This document shows positions 23,936-38,169 of a DNA stretch of 64,000 bases, piece by piece (position 1 is the stretch's first letter; every line of letters begins with the position of its first letter). A program made the position numbers and the translations under genes. Source of the DNA: Eledone cirrhosa (taxonomy: Eukaryota); assembly GCA_964016885.1 (NCBI GenBank), contig OZ024755.1, positions 14,446,001 through 14,510,000 of the forward strand, read 5' to 3'. Below the pieces are notes generated by a model. That model was given only the letters and a program-made list of their open reading frames with translations, made no database searches and had not been told where the DNA came from.

Positions 23936-26169
23936 ATGCCAGTATATTTGTTCAAAGGAGGGTGTATGTAATGAGAATCGACCGAGTTAATGAGTCAACT
24001 TTAAACATGTGCATGTAGGTTGGAAAGAACAGAAGAAAGAAGGGTACCTGCCAATGATGCATGTCCTTCCTGTTCGGGATGATATTGGAATTCTGTTACT
24101 ATTAATTTATTCTTTCTTTTAACCCGTTTGTTTTTCTGCTTAGACGTTTTATGTAAATATACAGTCTTTGTTTATTCATATTGCCTTTAATGTTTGCAGC
24201 CTCAATGGCCAATAAAGGAATCCTCTTCTTATTCCTCATCATACTCATTATTATTATTACACTTAGACTTATACATTTTCTTATACAATAAACCTTATCT
24301 AAAGACGGGTCAATCTCTTTCAAACACAAATGCGCACACGCACTCACACATACATATGCACATACAGACACACTCACACGTATACGTCCACCCCGTCAAT
24401 CACGCGCACACACATATATGTATATATACGCGCAAAATACGCATAAAACTAAAACTCAAAGAATGTATATATGTGTATGTGAGTGTGTGTGTGAGAGTAT
24501 TAACATAGTTGAGCCTTCACAATACTACAGAAATCCGCTATAATACGTCTCTAAGATATAGAGGTCGCTGTAGCCGTGTCAATGTAGTGGTTTGATGATA
24601 CTAATTCTTCTGACATCTACTTTGTCATCGAACGACATCATCTACCAAAGAGTAGTAGTAGTATTAGTAACAGTAGTATTCTCTCATCTTACCCCTTCCC
24701 TCGCTCTTCTTCTACGTTTCTCTCTCTCTCTCTCATCCTATACTTCCTATATCTTTCTACCTCTCACTCTCGTTTGTGTTATATGACATGAGAAGATCAT
24801 TAAACTGTCTTTCTTTCTCTTTCGTTGTCTTCACACACACACACTCTCTCTCTAGTAGTAGTAGTTGTAGAGAGAGGGAAGAAGAGGATGAGAGAGAGAG
24901 ACGTTGAAGGAGAGAAAGGTTAGTGATATGAGAGAGAGGTAGTAGAGAAAAGGGGAAGAGGGTGAGACTACTACTACTGCTTCTGCTGCTACTACTACTA
25001 CTAGTAGTACTAGTAGTAGTAGTGGTGGTGGTGGTAGGAAGTGGATGAGAGAAAGAGATTGAAATACTATAATGTGTAAAGAAGTTAATGGGGTGTTATC
25101 TAAGTAAATCTTTTCAGTCCAGTGTTTTGATCAACGTTGAGGATAAATCACCCACCACCGAGCTATTAAACAACTTCATAATGAATAAGTTAGCAAGGGA
25201 CTAATATGGCTTCACACACACATACAGACACACGTAAACACGCAGGCATATGTGTTGTTTGAGACACAATCACACACAGATACATACATATACATGCGCA
25301 CACACATATATATATCATACATATATATATAAATATCATACATACACGCACACAACCATGTCTACAATCATGCATACACAATCATGCACACACACGAAAT
25401 GGATCACCATCGTTTTCGATCAACAGAACAGCCCCTGAAATTATCCTGTAAGTGACAGTCTTCCACACTCGTGTATACCCTTCCCTTTATGTAAACCTCA
25501 GGGAATCATATATATATATATATATATAATATGAGATTCTCAACTAATTGTTCCTTTGTTCAAATCCACGCCTGTAAATATCATATCAGCAAAACAAAGA
25601 AAGTGATTTTTGTCATCAAATATACTACAATACATAAGTCGATGAAACAAATCCCTGAATTACACTGGGGGCAAATATATTTTTTAAAAGTCCTTAACTC
25701 TAGCAAGAAAAACTTTCACACACGCACACAAACACAGTATTTATGTGGGGTTATATATATATTGTATAAGAACTAAATATGGCCAATCTAAATAATATTT
25801 TTAATGTTCAGCTGGGTTCTATGTTATTTATTTGCTAGATATTAAATATGTTGTATCCATAATATTATGTTATGAGTGGGCTCTAGTTTTGATATTTCCA
25901 CACTAAATTGTATTGAGTTGTTAGCAAGTCTATATCTTGTGTGTGTATATATATATATACACACATTCTTATTATATTATATATGTATGTCGAATAAGTT
26001 TAATAATAATAATAAGAAGAACGGTAAAATGTAAAGCAAATAAAGTCACATATATTACGACGTTTGAGTATTGGAGGTGAACAAAAGTTAGAAGTTGCGA
26101 TACTGGATATAATACATCCTGATTTTTGACTGTCGTAAAGTTAATAAACTAGAGAAAAACCAAAAACGA

Positions 26170-26385
26170 ACAACGATATATAGGGAACACTACCACCACC
26201 ACCAGAACCACCACAACCAGCCCCACTACTACCGACAGCAGCACCACCACAACCAGCCCCACTACTACCACCACCACCAGAATCACCACAACCAGCCCCA
26301 CTACTACCGACAGCAGCACCACCACAACCAGCCCCACTACTACCAACAACACCAGCACCACCACCACCACCACCAGTACCACAAT
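26170..26385. repeat. (ACC)n-derived minisatellite with higher-order structure
   Basis: CACCACAACCAGCCCCACTACTACC x4 with alternating spacers. Confidence 0.85.
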
Positions 26386-27799
26386 GACGACGGCGCCAAC
26401 TACCAACAAATAGATAACAAAACTGGACGATGGAAAAAACCGTCAAAAAAGCATTAGGAAAATCAGTGGAAGCACTATTGACAGTTTTGTAGACACCCGT
26501 GGCAGGGGAATATCAAAATTGACAGGATATTCGATAAAATGGAAGACATGTGTAGTTGCACACACATGTACACACACGCACACATATTTAGACAAACACA
26601 CATACACATCAATCTATTTATCTCTCTATATATCCAGCTATATATATATATATATTCAAATACACACTTTGTATAAATTCGTGTATGCGTGTGTATATCA
26701 GTGTGTATGAGTGAGTTCAATGTACGCACTCACACACAGTGATATACAATTATATTCACTGTACATATATATATATCCACACTCAAACACAAACAAATAT
26801 TCTGCACATTTTATGTCTATACATGTGTCAAAGATATATATATATATAAAGAGAGAGAGAGAGTTAAAGAGACGGAGTGAAAATTGTATCCGTATGGATG
26901 GTGCATTTGCAATCTTATCTTGGTCGTGCAGATGTAATTTGTTTGTATGTGTGTGATAATGGTGGAAGAATGAATGTTAAAAGTTTAACGTGATTTAGAG
27001 AGTATTTAGATTACTGGATTAGCAGAATACAATATATTAGATTACAGGATATAGGGAGGTAAAGATAAGATGTTTTGATTACTTAGCGAAGGAGGGTAAG
27101 GTAAGCTAAGAGAGTATCATTACATAGCGAAAAATAAGAGACAAGTGTTGTAACAAAACCGTTTCACGCGTTTTGATTCCAAATCGAAGTACATTCATAT
27201 GGGAACGGAGGAAAACAAAGACAAACATATGCCCCCCCCCCCCCGCCCCACCACAAAAAAAACAAAACAAAACAAAGAAAATAAAAATCCTTATATCTCT
27301 ATCCATTACATATTCACATGTGCATAGAATGCACGAACGTAGAGAAACGTAATTGATGACGGATCCCATATCGCCTTCGACGAGGAGCCTTCAGTTGCTT
27401 GAACAATTGAACGCCTGACTCATTAATTAACGTGTATTATATGACTAAAGTATTTGACTGATACGTGAAACCATAACGTAATTCCCAAGTCGAATCAACC
27501 TAACACAATATATGACACGGTCGGACTATGAATAACTGGTACAATATACTTTACTTTGTATAATAGTGTAAGTCGTTGGGTATTTTTCTGGATTCTTGGA
27601 CAAGAGTATCCTTAACGTAATACTCCATCAAAATAATCGATCATCGTGGCCTCATATGTCCGGTGACAGGGGGAAGGATTTGAACCCAGAACGCACAGGA
27701 GCAGGACAGCTACGGCAAAGCATCCTGTTCAAGGCTGTATCACATCCACCAATCCAACTGCCGGCATCTAAAAACGTCTGTCTCGAGCCCAGAGCCTGG

Positions 27800-28045
27800 A
27801 GGCTCGTCAGACCGGAGCTTAAGCCGGTTTCCATGGCGTAAAGCGACAGAGAATACAAGAATCCCCTCTGGACAGGACGCCAGTCCATCGCAGGATTAAA
27901 CCTCCAGTTACTGATGCTGGTAGTCATTTTCAGATGAGTATACTGGAGCAACATGAAACTAAGTTTTATGCTCAAGAACAAAACACACAACCCAGTCCAG
28001 GCATCGAACTCACGACATTATGGTCATAGGTCCAACACCCTTACT
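27800..28045 (-). mobile_element. CORE-like tRNA SINE
   Basis: CCCTCTGGACAGGACGCCAGTCCATCGCAGG...ACTGGAGCAACATGAAA...GCTCAAGAACAAAACACACAACCCAGTCCAGGCATCGAACTC is the reverse of the 1931 family. Confidence 0.8.
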
Positions 28046-28074
28046 ATTATACCACCATTCGACGACATGACTTT

Positions 28075-28195
28075 TTTGTCAACCACATAAAGGGGATAAA
28101 AGTAAAGTTGACCTCGATGGCATTTGAACTCAGAGCGCAGAATGCGCGAACAAATAACGAAATATTTAATCTGGCGTTCTACCAATTCGCCATCT
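28075..28195 (-). mobile_element. Major SINE copy (head/core)
   Basis: AAAGTTGACCTCGATGGCATTTGAACTCAGAGCG...CCAATTCGCCA. Confidence 0.7.
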
Positions 28196-29264
28196 TGTTT
28201 TTATTTTTGCCTTTCGATAAAAATAAAAAAAACAAAAAATAACGAATAAAAACCAAACAAAAACCCGACAAACACCAGAAAAGCATAACAAAGAAGCAGG
28301 AAGCGGAAGAAAAATTAATGGAAATACACTTGAAGTAAGAAAAAGAAGAAAACAAAACAATATATTAAAGAAAATGTGACAAAAGCTTTAAATACTGGCC
28401 AACCACCTTCGTATAAGTCCTGGGGCAAGAGAAGGGAAACTTGTAACAATACACCAAAGTGTTGGAATTAATCAATTGGAATTTAACATGTGATTAATCG
28501 ATATTGTTGAGAAAAGAATTCAGAGGAATGTTGCTTGTTGTCCTCTTACATGTTAACCAGGAATAATATTAAACAACAACAATAACAATACACAAGAGAC
28601 AACGTAATTAGAACCGGGAAACATGAGATGATGATGGTAATGATGATGAAGCCGATGATGACGACGACGATGATGATGACGAAGACCACGATGATTATAA
28701 TGAATACTATGATGACAAGGAAGATAATGATGTTGATGATGTTAATGGATCCTCCGTCCGTTTTGATGAAGAACAATCAGTTTGTGAATTAACGTATAAG
28801 TGGTTGACTATTCTACAGACGTATACATTCTCCAGCAGGATCAGCGCAACACAGCCATCTACAGTTTCACTCATGAGGCTTGGATGAATCTGGAGTTATA
28901 GTAAATACACTTGCTCAAGAAGCCACGCAGTGGGTTCAAACCAGGGACCCCATGATTGCAAAAGCAAACATTTTAACCACCCAGTTATATCTATGTCTAC
29001 ATTTTAACTATTTACTCCTGATCCAGCATAATTTAAGCACAGAAAGGTGGAACACTAAACAAAAAATAACCACGTGAGGGGTCCTCTATATGGTGCTCTC
29101 TCGGTTAGTTAGATGCAGTGGAATTTGTTTGTTTCATATTAGCAATTGTCCACGGGTCTGTGGAGATCTTAGATTATGGCATTTAAACCTGGTGGAGCCT
29201 ATCCTTCAATAGATCAGTCAGTTGATTTCTGCTAGCGAGAGAGAGGGAAAGAGAGATAGTGGAA

Positions 29265-29425
29265 AAATCGAATCCAGTACCAGACAGGTACTATAATCAT
29301 CCATCTCATATAGATGAAAGGCAAAGTCGACCATGGCGTGGCTGGAACTCAGAACAAAGAGAGCTGTAACGAATACCACGATACATTGTATCAGATGTTC
29401 TAACAATTCAGTCAGTTTGCCTTCC
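29265..29425 (-). mobile_element. Major SINE copy
   Basis: ATCGAATCCAGTAC...GATGAAAGGCAAAGTCGACC...GAACTCAGAAC...CTAACAATTC. Confidence 0.7.
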
Positions 29426-29634
29426 TTCCACAGCATAAACGGAACCATAATAGTTCTAGCCATGGGATAAGAACATGTGTTCATATGCAAACACACGAAA
29501 CATAAACACATATATGCACATACATCTAGACATATGACATAGATATGAACGTGAACGTGCTTATACAAGAATGCTTGTGCGCGACAGGCCACATATATAA
29601 TATATTTATGTGCGTGTGTGAGTGTATATACCTA

Positions 29635-29700
<66 letters not shown>

Positions 29701-30519
29701 CACACAAATCTCAGAGATTGTATATTTATGTATAAATGTATAAACTATGTGCAAATATATATACATATAATACATATGCACACACACATGTGCCATTATA
29801 AACCATTTATATACGTATATATAATATGTTTATGCGTTTGCGTTTGTAAGAACATTTGTATGCGAATATATGATTTTGACTGCAAGCATGTTCTTATGTA
29901 TGTACTTATGTATATACGTGTACGTATGTGTGTGTGTATGTATGTGCCTATATGAATGTGTGACTGTTCCTAGGTATATATGTGCATGTGCCTGTATTAT
30001 GATGTACATATGAGCGCATTCAAGTGTATGTGTGCGAGCATATGTATGAGTGTGTATATGTGTCTGCTAGTATGCCATTATGGGAGTACCAGAACTAACA
30101 AGCATAGCGCACAAAACAACATTTCACTATTTTAAATATAATGCTTCAAGTGTTTATCAGTTGATGTTAATGCGTGCGTGAAGTCTAAACAGCGTGCACA
30201 TGTTATTTAACAATCAACGCACAATAATGTATACACTTGGCTATGGTGTGGGACATCTAAGGCAACCCTTGGTTTAAGGCAAATCTAACAAAAATAATTT
30301 TCACTATTTCGCTTGTTTGATTCTTTCTCATTTGTTTTTGTTTTCGTTCGTTGTATTTTGTTGATCTGTTTGTTGATTTGATAAAAATGCCACAAAGCAA
30401 AAAAGAAATGGACCTCCGTCGGTTTCGATGATGAGTGTTCCAGTTGTTCGATCAACAGAATAGCTTGCATATGAAATGGCAGGTATGACGGTGTGGTTAC
30501 GGAGTTGGGTTTCTATTAT

Positions 30520-30850
30520 CGCCAGTACGTTACTGGTACTTTATTATAACGACCTGGTAAATGATGAAAGACAAAGCTAACCTCAGCGGGATTTGAACTC
30601 AGAACGCAAAAGGACGTAACTACATGTTGCAAATCATGTTGTCCGACTCTCTACCGATACTGCCGATCCACTACCCTTATGGTTTCTAGCTTAGACACGA
30701 GACCATCAATTTGAGGTGAAGGTTAGCCGATTAAATCAACCCCAGTACTTGACTGGTAGTTTATTTTGCCGAACTCAGACAGATAAATTTGGCGTGATTT
30801 GAACATAAGGTCGTGAAGCATTTTCTTCAATGCTGTAACGATTCTGCTAA
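30520..30850 (-). mobile_element. Two tandem major-SINE copies
   Basis: CCAGTAC...CTGGTAC...GATTTGAAC appears twice with reversed heads. Confidence 0.75.
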
Positions 30851-32524
30851 GAGCAAACTGAATTGTAAACGAAGCTCATAAAAGTGCCAGGAATATATAA
30901 ACAAGGTCACAATCTGAGCGGAATAAAAATTAAAGATATAATTATAGTTAAGATAAAGATAGGTAAAGGGTAATTGAATAATAGTATCTCGAGTGGAATA
31001 GTAAACAAGTCTTATAGAGCCAGAAGGAAGAAAGAAGGTTTGCATTTAAATGGATTTTGGAGATTCCAAACCAAGATAAACTTAACAATTTATTCGTTCT
31101 GTAAACATAATTTGAAAAGGACAGTTATCAATAAGAATTATAATGATATTTTATCGTGTTCAGAGTAAATTTATAAATGTTTAATAAGTACACATATGGT
31201 GGGTACGTTTTATTAGTAGACTGAACAAAATTGACGCACATCTAGTCTTTTTTCTGCTGCGACATTTCTGAGGAACTGCTTCGTTATGTGGAAGCTTTTG
31301 TACATCTTTCGTAGTATCTCCTGTTACAGTCACACATTTCGTCTCACAGATAACGATGTCTGCATCTGACGTAGTGGAAGAAAAATGCAACGTCCAGTTG
31401 GATAATAACGGATGGCAACAGGCCACCTAGCTCATTAAATACAGTAACCTCGAATTAAAAGGGTTATAAATAGATTGAAGGTTGATGATATTAATTGATT
31501 ATGTGAGTTAGAGTGGGTTAGCGTTGTTGTTTTTACGTTCAGTAAATTATATTGAATTCTCATGGGTATGATTTAAACTACATCAGTTACAATCGGGCTT
31601 CCATGCAGTTTCTGTGTATCAACTTTCACTTGCAAAGCAAGTACCTTTACCTCGGCGCGACGTGAATCGAATATAAAATATAACGGTTGAGAATTGATTA
31701 ATAATATATATATATATTACGAACATAGATATGTTAAGTATACGATTTAGCACCTACACTGATTTGTATATCATATTCATATCTTCACATGCATACATAC
31801 ATACTTACATTCAAACACAAAGAGAGATATACATATGTAAATAGATAGCTGCACATGTACATACACATATATGTGCAAACACACACATGCATAGATACAT
31901 ATATATTTCATAAGTATATGTAAAACTATACATGCATATATAAATACATATATACACCATACGTATAAGTGATATAGTATAGTATATATGAAAATGTCCA
32001 TGAGAAAACTACCAGTGTCGGTTACTTTAGTATTTATCTCGCCTATTTCTTTTCAGTTTCGTCCTTCCTCACCTCCTTTCTTTCCTCATTTTCCATATTG
32101 AACATTTTATAATAAATATCTCTTTGATATCCGTCGCCAATAGTTCCTTTGAAGATGATCGAACCACAAAAAGACGTCCTAATGATAGATGTTTACAAAA
32201 AGAAAAAAAAGAAAAAAAAAGTACAGAAACGTAACCCCCCCCCCCCCCCCCCCCCCAGCAAACTAAAACAAAAACTAAACAAAGAAAAAGCAACGCCATA
32301 AAAACCCGGCAACATTGTCATGCAACTTAAGTGCACCATATACTTGTAATGCACTTAATATTGCTACAAACTAACGCTTTTCTTTTGCTTTCTTTTATCT
32401 GTCTGTCCTGGCTGCTGAGAAATGCAGCAACTAAATGCAACAAAATCTAGCTCGGTTCAAAGTAAAAAAAAAAAAAAAAATAAAAACAATAATAAAAATA
32501 AACAAATAAATCTATATATATATC

Positions 32525-32880
32525 GGTTCATTAACTCCTGATAGAGTCGTAGGCTCAGCGTCTTGACTCAGCGTGCTCTGGGCATTTTAAATCCCAGCGG
32601 TGCTCATCCCTTATCCAGATCGGAATACAGCCGATTTTTTCCTATGTGAGTGTGTGAGAGAAAGAGAATGCGAGAGAATGTGGTGGGGAGACAAAGAGAG
32701 AGAGCATTGGCAATAGTACAAGACTGGTATTTTATTTATCGACTTCTAAAGAATGAAAGTCTCTCACTCTCTTTCCTCCTCAGGAATAAATCCGCTGTAT
32801 TTAGGCCTCGAGAAATGATGGGTTCTGCCAGGTTTAAAAATGCCCTAAAACCTCTGAATGTCAATACGGCACCCATATGA
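32525..32880. repeat. Inverted pair of the alternative SINE tail (32525-32640 and 32785-32880)
   Basis: GGGCATTTTAAATCCCAGCGGTGCTCATC...AATACAGCCGATTT versus AAATCCGCTGTATT...GATGGGTTCTGCCAGGTTTAAAAATGCCC (reverse-complement homologs). Confidence 0.65.
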
Positions 32881-33290
32881 CACCCTATGTTGCTCTGTTG
32901 TTCAGCCAACACCCAAGTAGACTAGGGCAACCGGAAATTAAACGCCCGACCGTAAGGTCCCGAGACGAACAGCTTAGCCACTAATCCACGTAAATTGACA
33001 CAATAGGGGTTTGAACTTAGTATGGAGTTAAGACTATTTCAGTTCTGAGATATTTTAATTAGGCGAGTATTTTCTTGAGTCAACCATTGTTATTACTCTT
33101 ATAAGTGTGAACATATTAGAAAACAACAACAACTTACTAACAAACACACATATGAATACATATAACTGTATACACAGAGGCACACGCAACACACACACAT
33201 ATATATATATTATGTGTGTGTGTGTACATATATATAGGTACACACATACACAAACACGCATATATATATCACACATAGATATGTATATAT

Positions 33291-33400
<110 letters not shown>

Positions 33401-34384
33401 TCAGTGTAAGCTTGACCTGCTAGATTTAATTATCGATAACACCAACACAGCGTGAATCGTAATAAAGACGTATATGAAGCCATGTACAATAAGTCTACGT
33501 TTCTGACTCATGTTGTTAGTGTTATTGCTAATTAAAACAATTCGGTCAAGCTTGCACTAAATATAAACCAGGCTTCACTAAGAATAGTTAGTATTTTCTT
33601 AGAGATTTAAGAAGCTGACTTCCATACTTCAATTGGGGGAGTAAGTAAACGAGCATCCATGACATATAAAGACAATGAAATGCCTCCATCACAACCACCC
33701 TGCTTGCTGAAATAACTGTGACATGTTCGCGGCTTAAATACTCGCAGCAACACTATATATGTGTGTATGTGCATTATATGTAAACATATTTTATGATTTT
33801 CACGCATCTCTCTCTCTCTGTATACATATACACACATCTCTCTTTAGCCATAGATATACATATCCATAGCTATCAATATATATATATATGTGTGTGTGTG
33901 TGTGAGAGAGAGATCGAGATCAAAACGATTACTATCAGAATCACCAACCATCAGTATATTTATATCTCTTCTAGTTATCCATCATATGTATACTCAATGA
34001 AGAGAGAGAGTGAGTGAGGGAGAGAGTGAGTGAATGAGAGAGAAAGAGAGATTGACATACCTAGCGTGGGTCAATATTGGCAAACATCTATTAAATTTAT
34101 ACTTACCCACACGCACACACACACTATAATCATATTATAGAAAACCCATCGTATTTTGGGCTGCTGTCATCCACCATTATCATCACATCTACGTAGTCTT
34201 TCCGAAAACTTTAAATTCATCTTTATTTTCAGCGTTATCTTCAACTTCAGCTTGAGAATAATCGAGAACCATTTAAAAATGTGTTTCATTTTTTCAGGCA
34301 GCCAATTTCTAAGACATATGATATATATATAAGAAGGCGATTATTATTAACCAACACTCTATATGCCTGGAATACTGCCGAATA

Positions 34385-34920
34385 ATAATGGTTCATATTT
34401 AGGCACAAGACCAGTAATTTGTGAGGTGGAAATGGTCGACAGTATCGGCTCCAATATTTGAATGGTACTTAATTTTATCTACCCCGAAATGATAAAAGAT
34501 ATGGTGGACGATTTTGTGATGGTTATGGTGTTGGGAGTGTTGGTGGCGCAATTTGTAGAAAGGGAAAGTCTCTTAAATCGATTCCAGTACTTGACTAGTA
34601 ACTTTATTTTATCAACCCTGAAAGAAAAAGTTGACCATGACGGGATTTGAACTACGAATGAAAGGATTCGGAACAAATACTGCAAAGCTCTAATGATTCT
34701 GCCAATCCATTGCACAATAACAATGGATTCGAATTTAGGCAGAGCCAGGGATGTTTGGAGCAATGGGAAAGAAAGTACTTGACTAGTACTGACTGTATTT
34801 TGTAGACCCCTAAAGGATGATCTGGGTGGGATTTGAATTCAAAACGTAAAATGCCATAGCTATGATAAATCTGCGAAAATACTTTGCCCAACGCTCTAAC
34901 AATTCTGCCAACCCTCTGCC
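34385..34920 (-). mobile_element. Cluster of about three tandem major-SINE copies
   Basis: Repeated GGCACAAGACCAG / CCAGTACTTGACT / GGATTTGAA / ATTCTGCCAA modules. Confidence 0.75.
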
Positions 34921-35719
34921 TGGATTACTGCCAAATAATCGTATGCTGTTTTGGAAATGATTATTGACCTAGAGTAATTTGCTCGTCTACGCGAATTTTA
35001 AAAGTTTGACACCGATTTTCAAACAGCAATATATATGAAGTTATTAGTGTATAAAAATGCATGACACCTCGTTGGCAGTGGTCTTCTACTGGTAGTTAGA
35101 TGCTATTTCAGAAGAACTAATTACTTCTTGGCTTACTTTAGTAAAATGTAGGCGAGTGCGAGAAAGTTACCGGTCAGTAATGATAATAATTTTGTGATTA
35201 TAATACGGCGCCACCTAATAATGTTGATATTGTTAATGATGATGTTGATAATGATGTTAGGAATGATGATTGATAATGATGTTAGGAATGATGATATTGG
35301 TGATATTAATGATGATGGTGATGTTTGTATTTGTGCCAAAAGTGTGTTATCTATCGTATGTGCTACACATACACAAATCATCTGTCACCTTGTTGCTGGT
35401 GTTGTAGGTCTTCTTCTTGATCTGTTTGTCTGTCTCTCTCATTCTCTCTCTCTCTCTCTTATATATATATATATATGCAAGATGTATACCTATCCACATA
35501 AGTATTCCATGATTGTTGGGAACATATATACGCACTGCACCAGTTTATTTACTCGTGTTTGGGGCATAATATATGAAACAGAGATAAGAGAAAGAGTGAA
35601 ATAGCTCCCATGGAAAAATATATTGCATCCCTGTATCATAAACAATAGAAAGGAGAAACGGAAATTGCATCCCTAGAGATCTACTAATTTTCGCACCCCT
35701 GGCACATTGGCCTGGCTAC

Positions 35720-35756
<37 letters not shown>

Positions 35757-35849
35757 TATAGATATATATAGATATATATATATATATATCTAGATGTGTG
35801 TGTGTGTGGATACCGAGTTAAATAGAACTACTTCAAACGAAATCATCAG

Positions 35850-35885
<36 letters not shown>

Positions 35886-36082
35886 GTAAATGTATATGAT
35901 TATAAATATATATATATATATATACATACATATGTATATGATATATATATATATACATATGTAAATGTATATGATTATAAATATATATATATATATATAT
36001 ACATACATATGTATATGATATATATATATACATGCATATGTAAATGTATATGATTGTATATGATTGTATATATATATATATA

Positions 36083-36690
36083 TGGTGGCTGCCAACTCGT
36101 TTTCGAGTACGACCACTACTTTATATCCATGTAGGAGAACCCCTACCGATGCGCTGAACGAGTGTGACTTCTTAGTCCAGCCAGCGACTTGAAAACTCTG
36201 GTACAAACACTACACTTGTGACAATTATTGACACATAGTGCTGGGCCCATGGTACTATGTGATGACAAGTGCAGAGAGATCTCCAGATATAAAGCAATGC
36301 CTGTGCCGTGAAGCTCTTATAGTGAGCAAAGGCACTGCACAAAGCCAGTCCCACTCTCTTAACCAAGATGATATTTACCAAAAAGAAGAACAAGTCAACA
36401 TCATTGGATACCAACAGGGTTGCAGGTGTTATATCAGAGTTTTCCTTCTAGAAGTCTGTCTTGACAAAGGCTAAGGGGTCATCTTTCCCGGTGATTTTGG
36501 ATGGCCATTGACTCTTAAGAGCTCCTTTGCCCTTTGACAGGTTTTGTTTTTAGTCCTGCAGGATGTCCAAAGTCACCCTCCTCACCAACAAACCTTGGTG
36601 GAGTTGCCAGTTTAGTCGCCAAACGACCCGACCATGAGACAGGTTGTACTGGGATACATGTTACCAGTAGCACCAACTGGTGACCTGACA
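36083..36690 (-). mobile_element. Non-autonomous RTE-clade LINE derivative (5' UTR-like part joined to ORF end and 3' UTR)
   Basis: The - strand carries CATGGTCGGGTCGTTTGGCGACTAAACTGG and CTAGAAGGAAAACTCTGA (RTE 5' UTR-like). These are followed by [28 protein letters not shown] (C2H2 finger typical of RTE ORF ends), a short 3' UTR with an ACTCG-AAAA-CGAGT hairpin and a microsatellite tail. Confidence 0.7.
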
Positions 36691-36733
36691 ATATATATAT
36701 ATATATATACATACATACATATGTAAATGTATA

Positions 36734-36780
<47 letters not shown>

Positions 36781-37619
36781 TACATATGTAAATGTATATA
36801 TATACATAATCATATATATACGCCAACATACACATATAGAACCCCCCCCTCTCACATGCACACAACTGCAATCATAAGTTGTATATTAACAAGCAAATTT
36901 GTTCATATGAATATTTGATATGAACAATGCAGCTCTGCAGAAATAAAGCAATACAGACGTTATACAAATTTATAACAACATTAAATACAGCTATGAGATG
37001 ATTGATGAGATCTGAAATGTAATAGATGTTACATCGTAAAGACAGAAGCATATGATGACTTCTACTTTCTCATCGGCGTCATTCTTCCTTCGTTTCTCCC
37101 TCTCGTCAGCATTCTTCTGTTCGATTTATTCTTTTACTTCACCTCTCCTCCTCGACACCCTTTCGTCCTCCTGTTTTTTTTTTCTGCTTATTTGTCTCTT
37201 CCTCTCGTCCTCTCTTTTTCGTCTCCTTTTCAGCCGTCTTCGTCTCTCCATTTCGTTCTTCTCTTCTTTCTCTTTTTCGTCTTCTTCGTCTCCATCTCGC
37301 CCTTCTCTTCTTTCTCTTTTTCTTCTTCTTCGGCTCCATCTCGTCTTTCTCCTTCTCTTTTCTTCTTCTTTTTCTTCTTCTTCGTCATGTTCTTCGTTGT
37401 CCAAACATAATGCAATAAAGTGAACGGATTACTGCAAGCCTTTATCCTTTTATTGATCCCATTGCCCTTCCATAGTTATCTGATAATAATGTGGAACAAT
37501 ATGAAGAAAGTCTTGGTGGTGGGAGAGGGGGGAGGTGGAAGAGAGATACATCTCATATGTCTCGGTTACTTAATTTAAAAAATATCTGACCAAAAGGAAA
37601 ATGGAGAGCGTTGTTCTGT

Positions 37620-37925
37620 TTGTTGTTGTTGGTGGTGGTTGTGGTGATAATGGAGGTGGTAGAGGTGGGGATAGTGGAGGTGGTGCTGGAGGAGATTGTG
37701 ATGGAGGTGGTTGAGGTGATGGTGGAGAGTGTTATGGTTGATGTAGTGATGAGGAAGACGGTGATGGTGAGTTGGTGAAGGGGATAGAGGTGGTGGACGC
37801 TGTGATGTTTGAGGTGGTGATGATGTTGGTGTTGATGGTTTTGGGGGTGGTGGCGTTAGTGAGGTGGTGGTAGCGATAGTGGGGTGGTGGTGCTGCTGTT
37901 GTTGGTGGTGATGATGGTGGTGGTT
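37620..37925. repeat. (GGT/GAT)n-rich low-complexity tract
   Basis: Direct reading. Confidence 0.9.
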
Positions 37926-38043
37926 GATTGCAATTTTGGTGATATTGAACTGACGGACCACAAAATAACCAGACAGACGTCTTGAATTCTGGGTTCATAT
38001 AAATTAAGCAATAGCGTTTCAGAAAACGGAAAACGAAACGAAA

Positions 38044-38084
<41 letters not shown>

Positions 38085-38169
38085 ATGATTTCTGATAAAA
38101 CGTAGAAATACCTTATGAAAAATAGAAAGTAAAACAATCTAAAGAGCTCGTACTGAAACAAGAGAAGCG

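Noticed and set aside
26141-26446. Gly/Ser-rich structural protein-like ORF
   Set aside because: Reverse strand of an (ACC)n minisatellite; the start is not ATG and the flanks are non-coding.
31181-31426. Non-repetitive 81-aa minus-strand ORF
   Set aside because: Non-ATG start, no recognisable motif and no convincing splice sites; possibly an old TE remnant.
35580-35720. DNA-transposon/MITE end (CCTGGCTACG)
   Set aside because: Only one putative terminal repeat is seen, with no partner end or target-site duplication.
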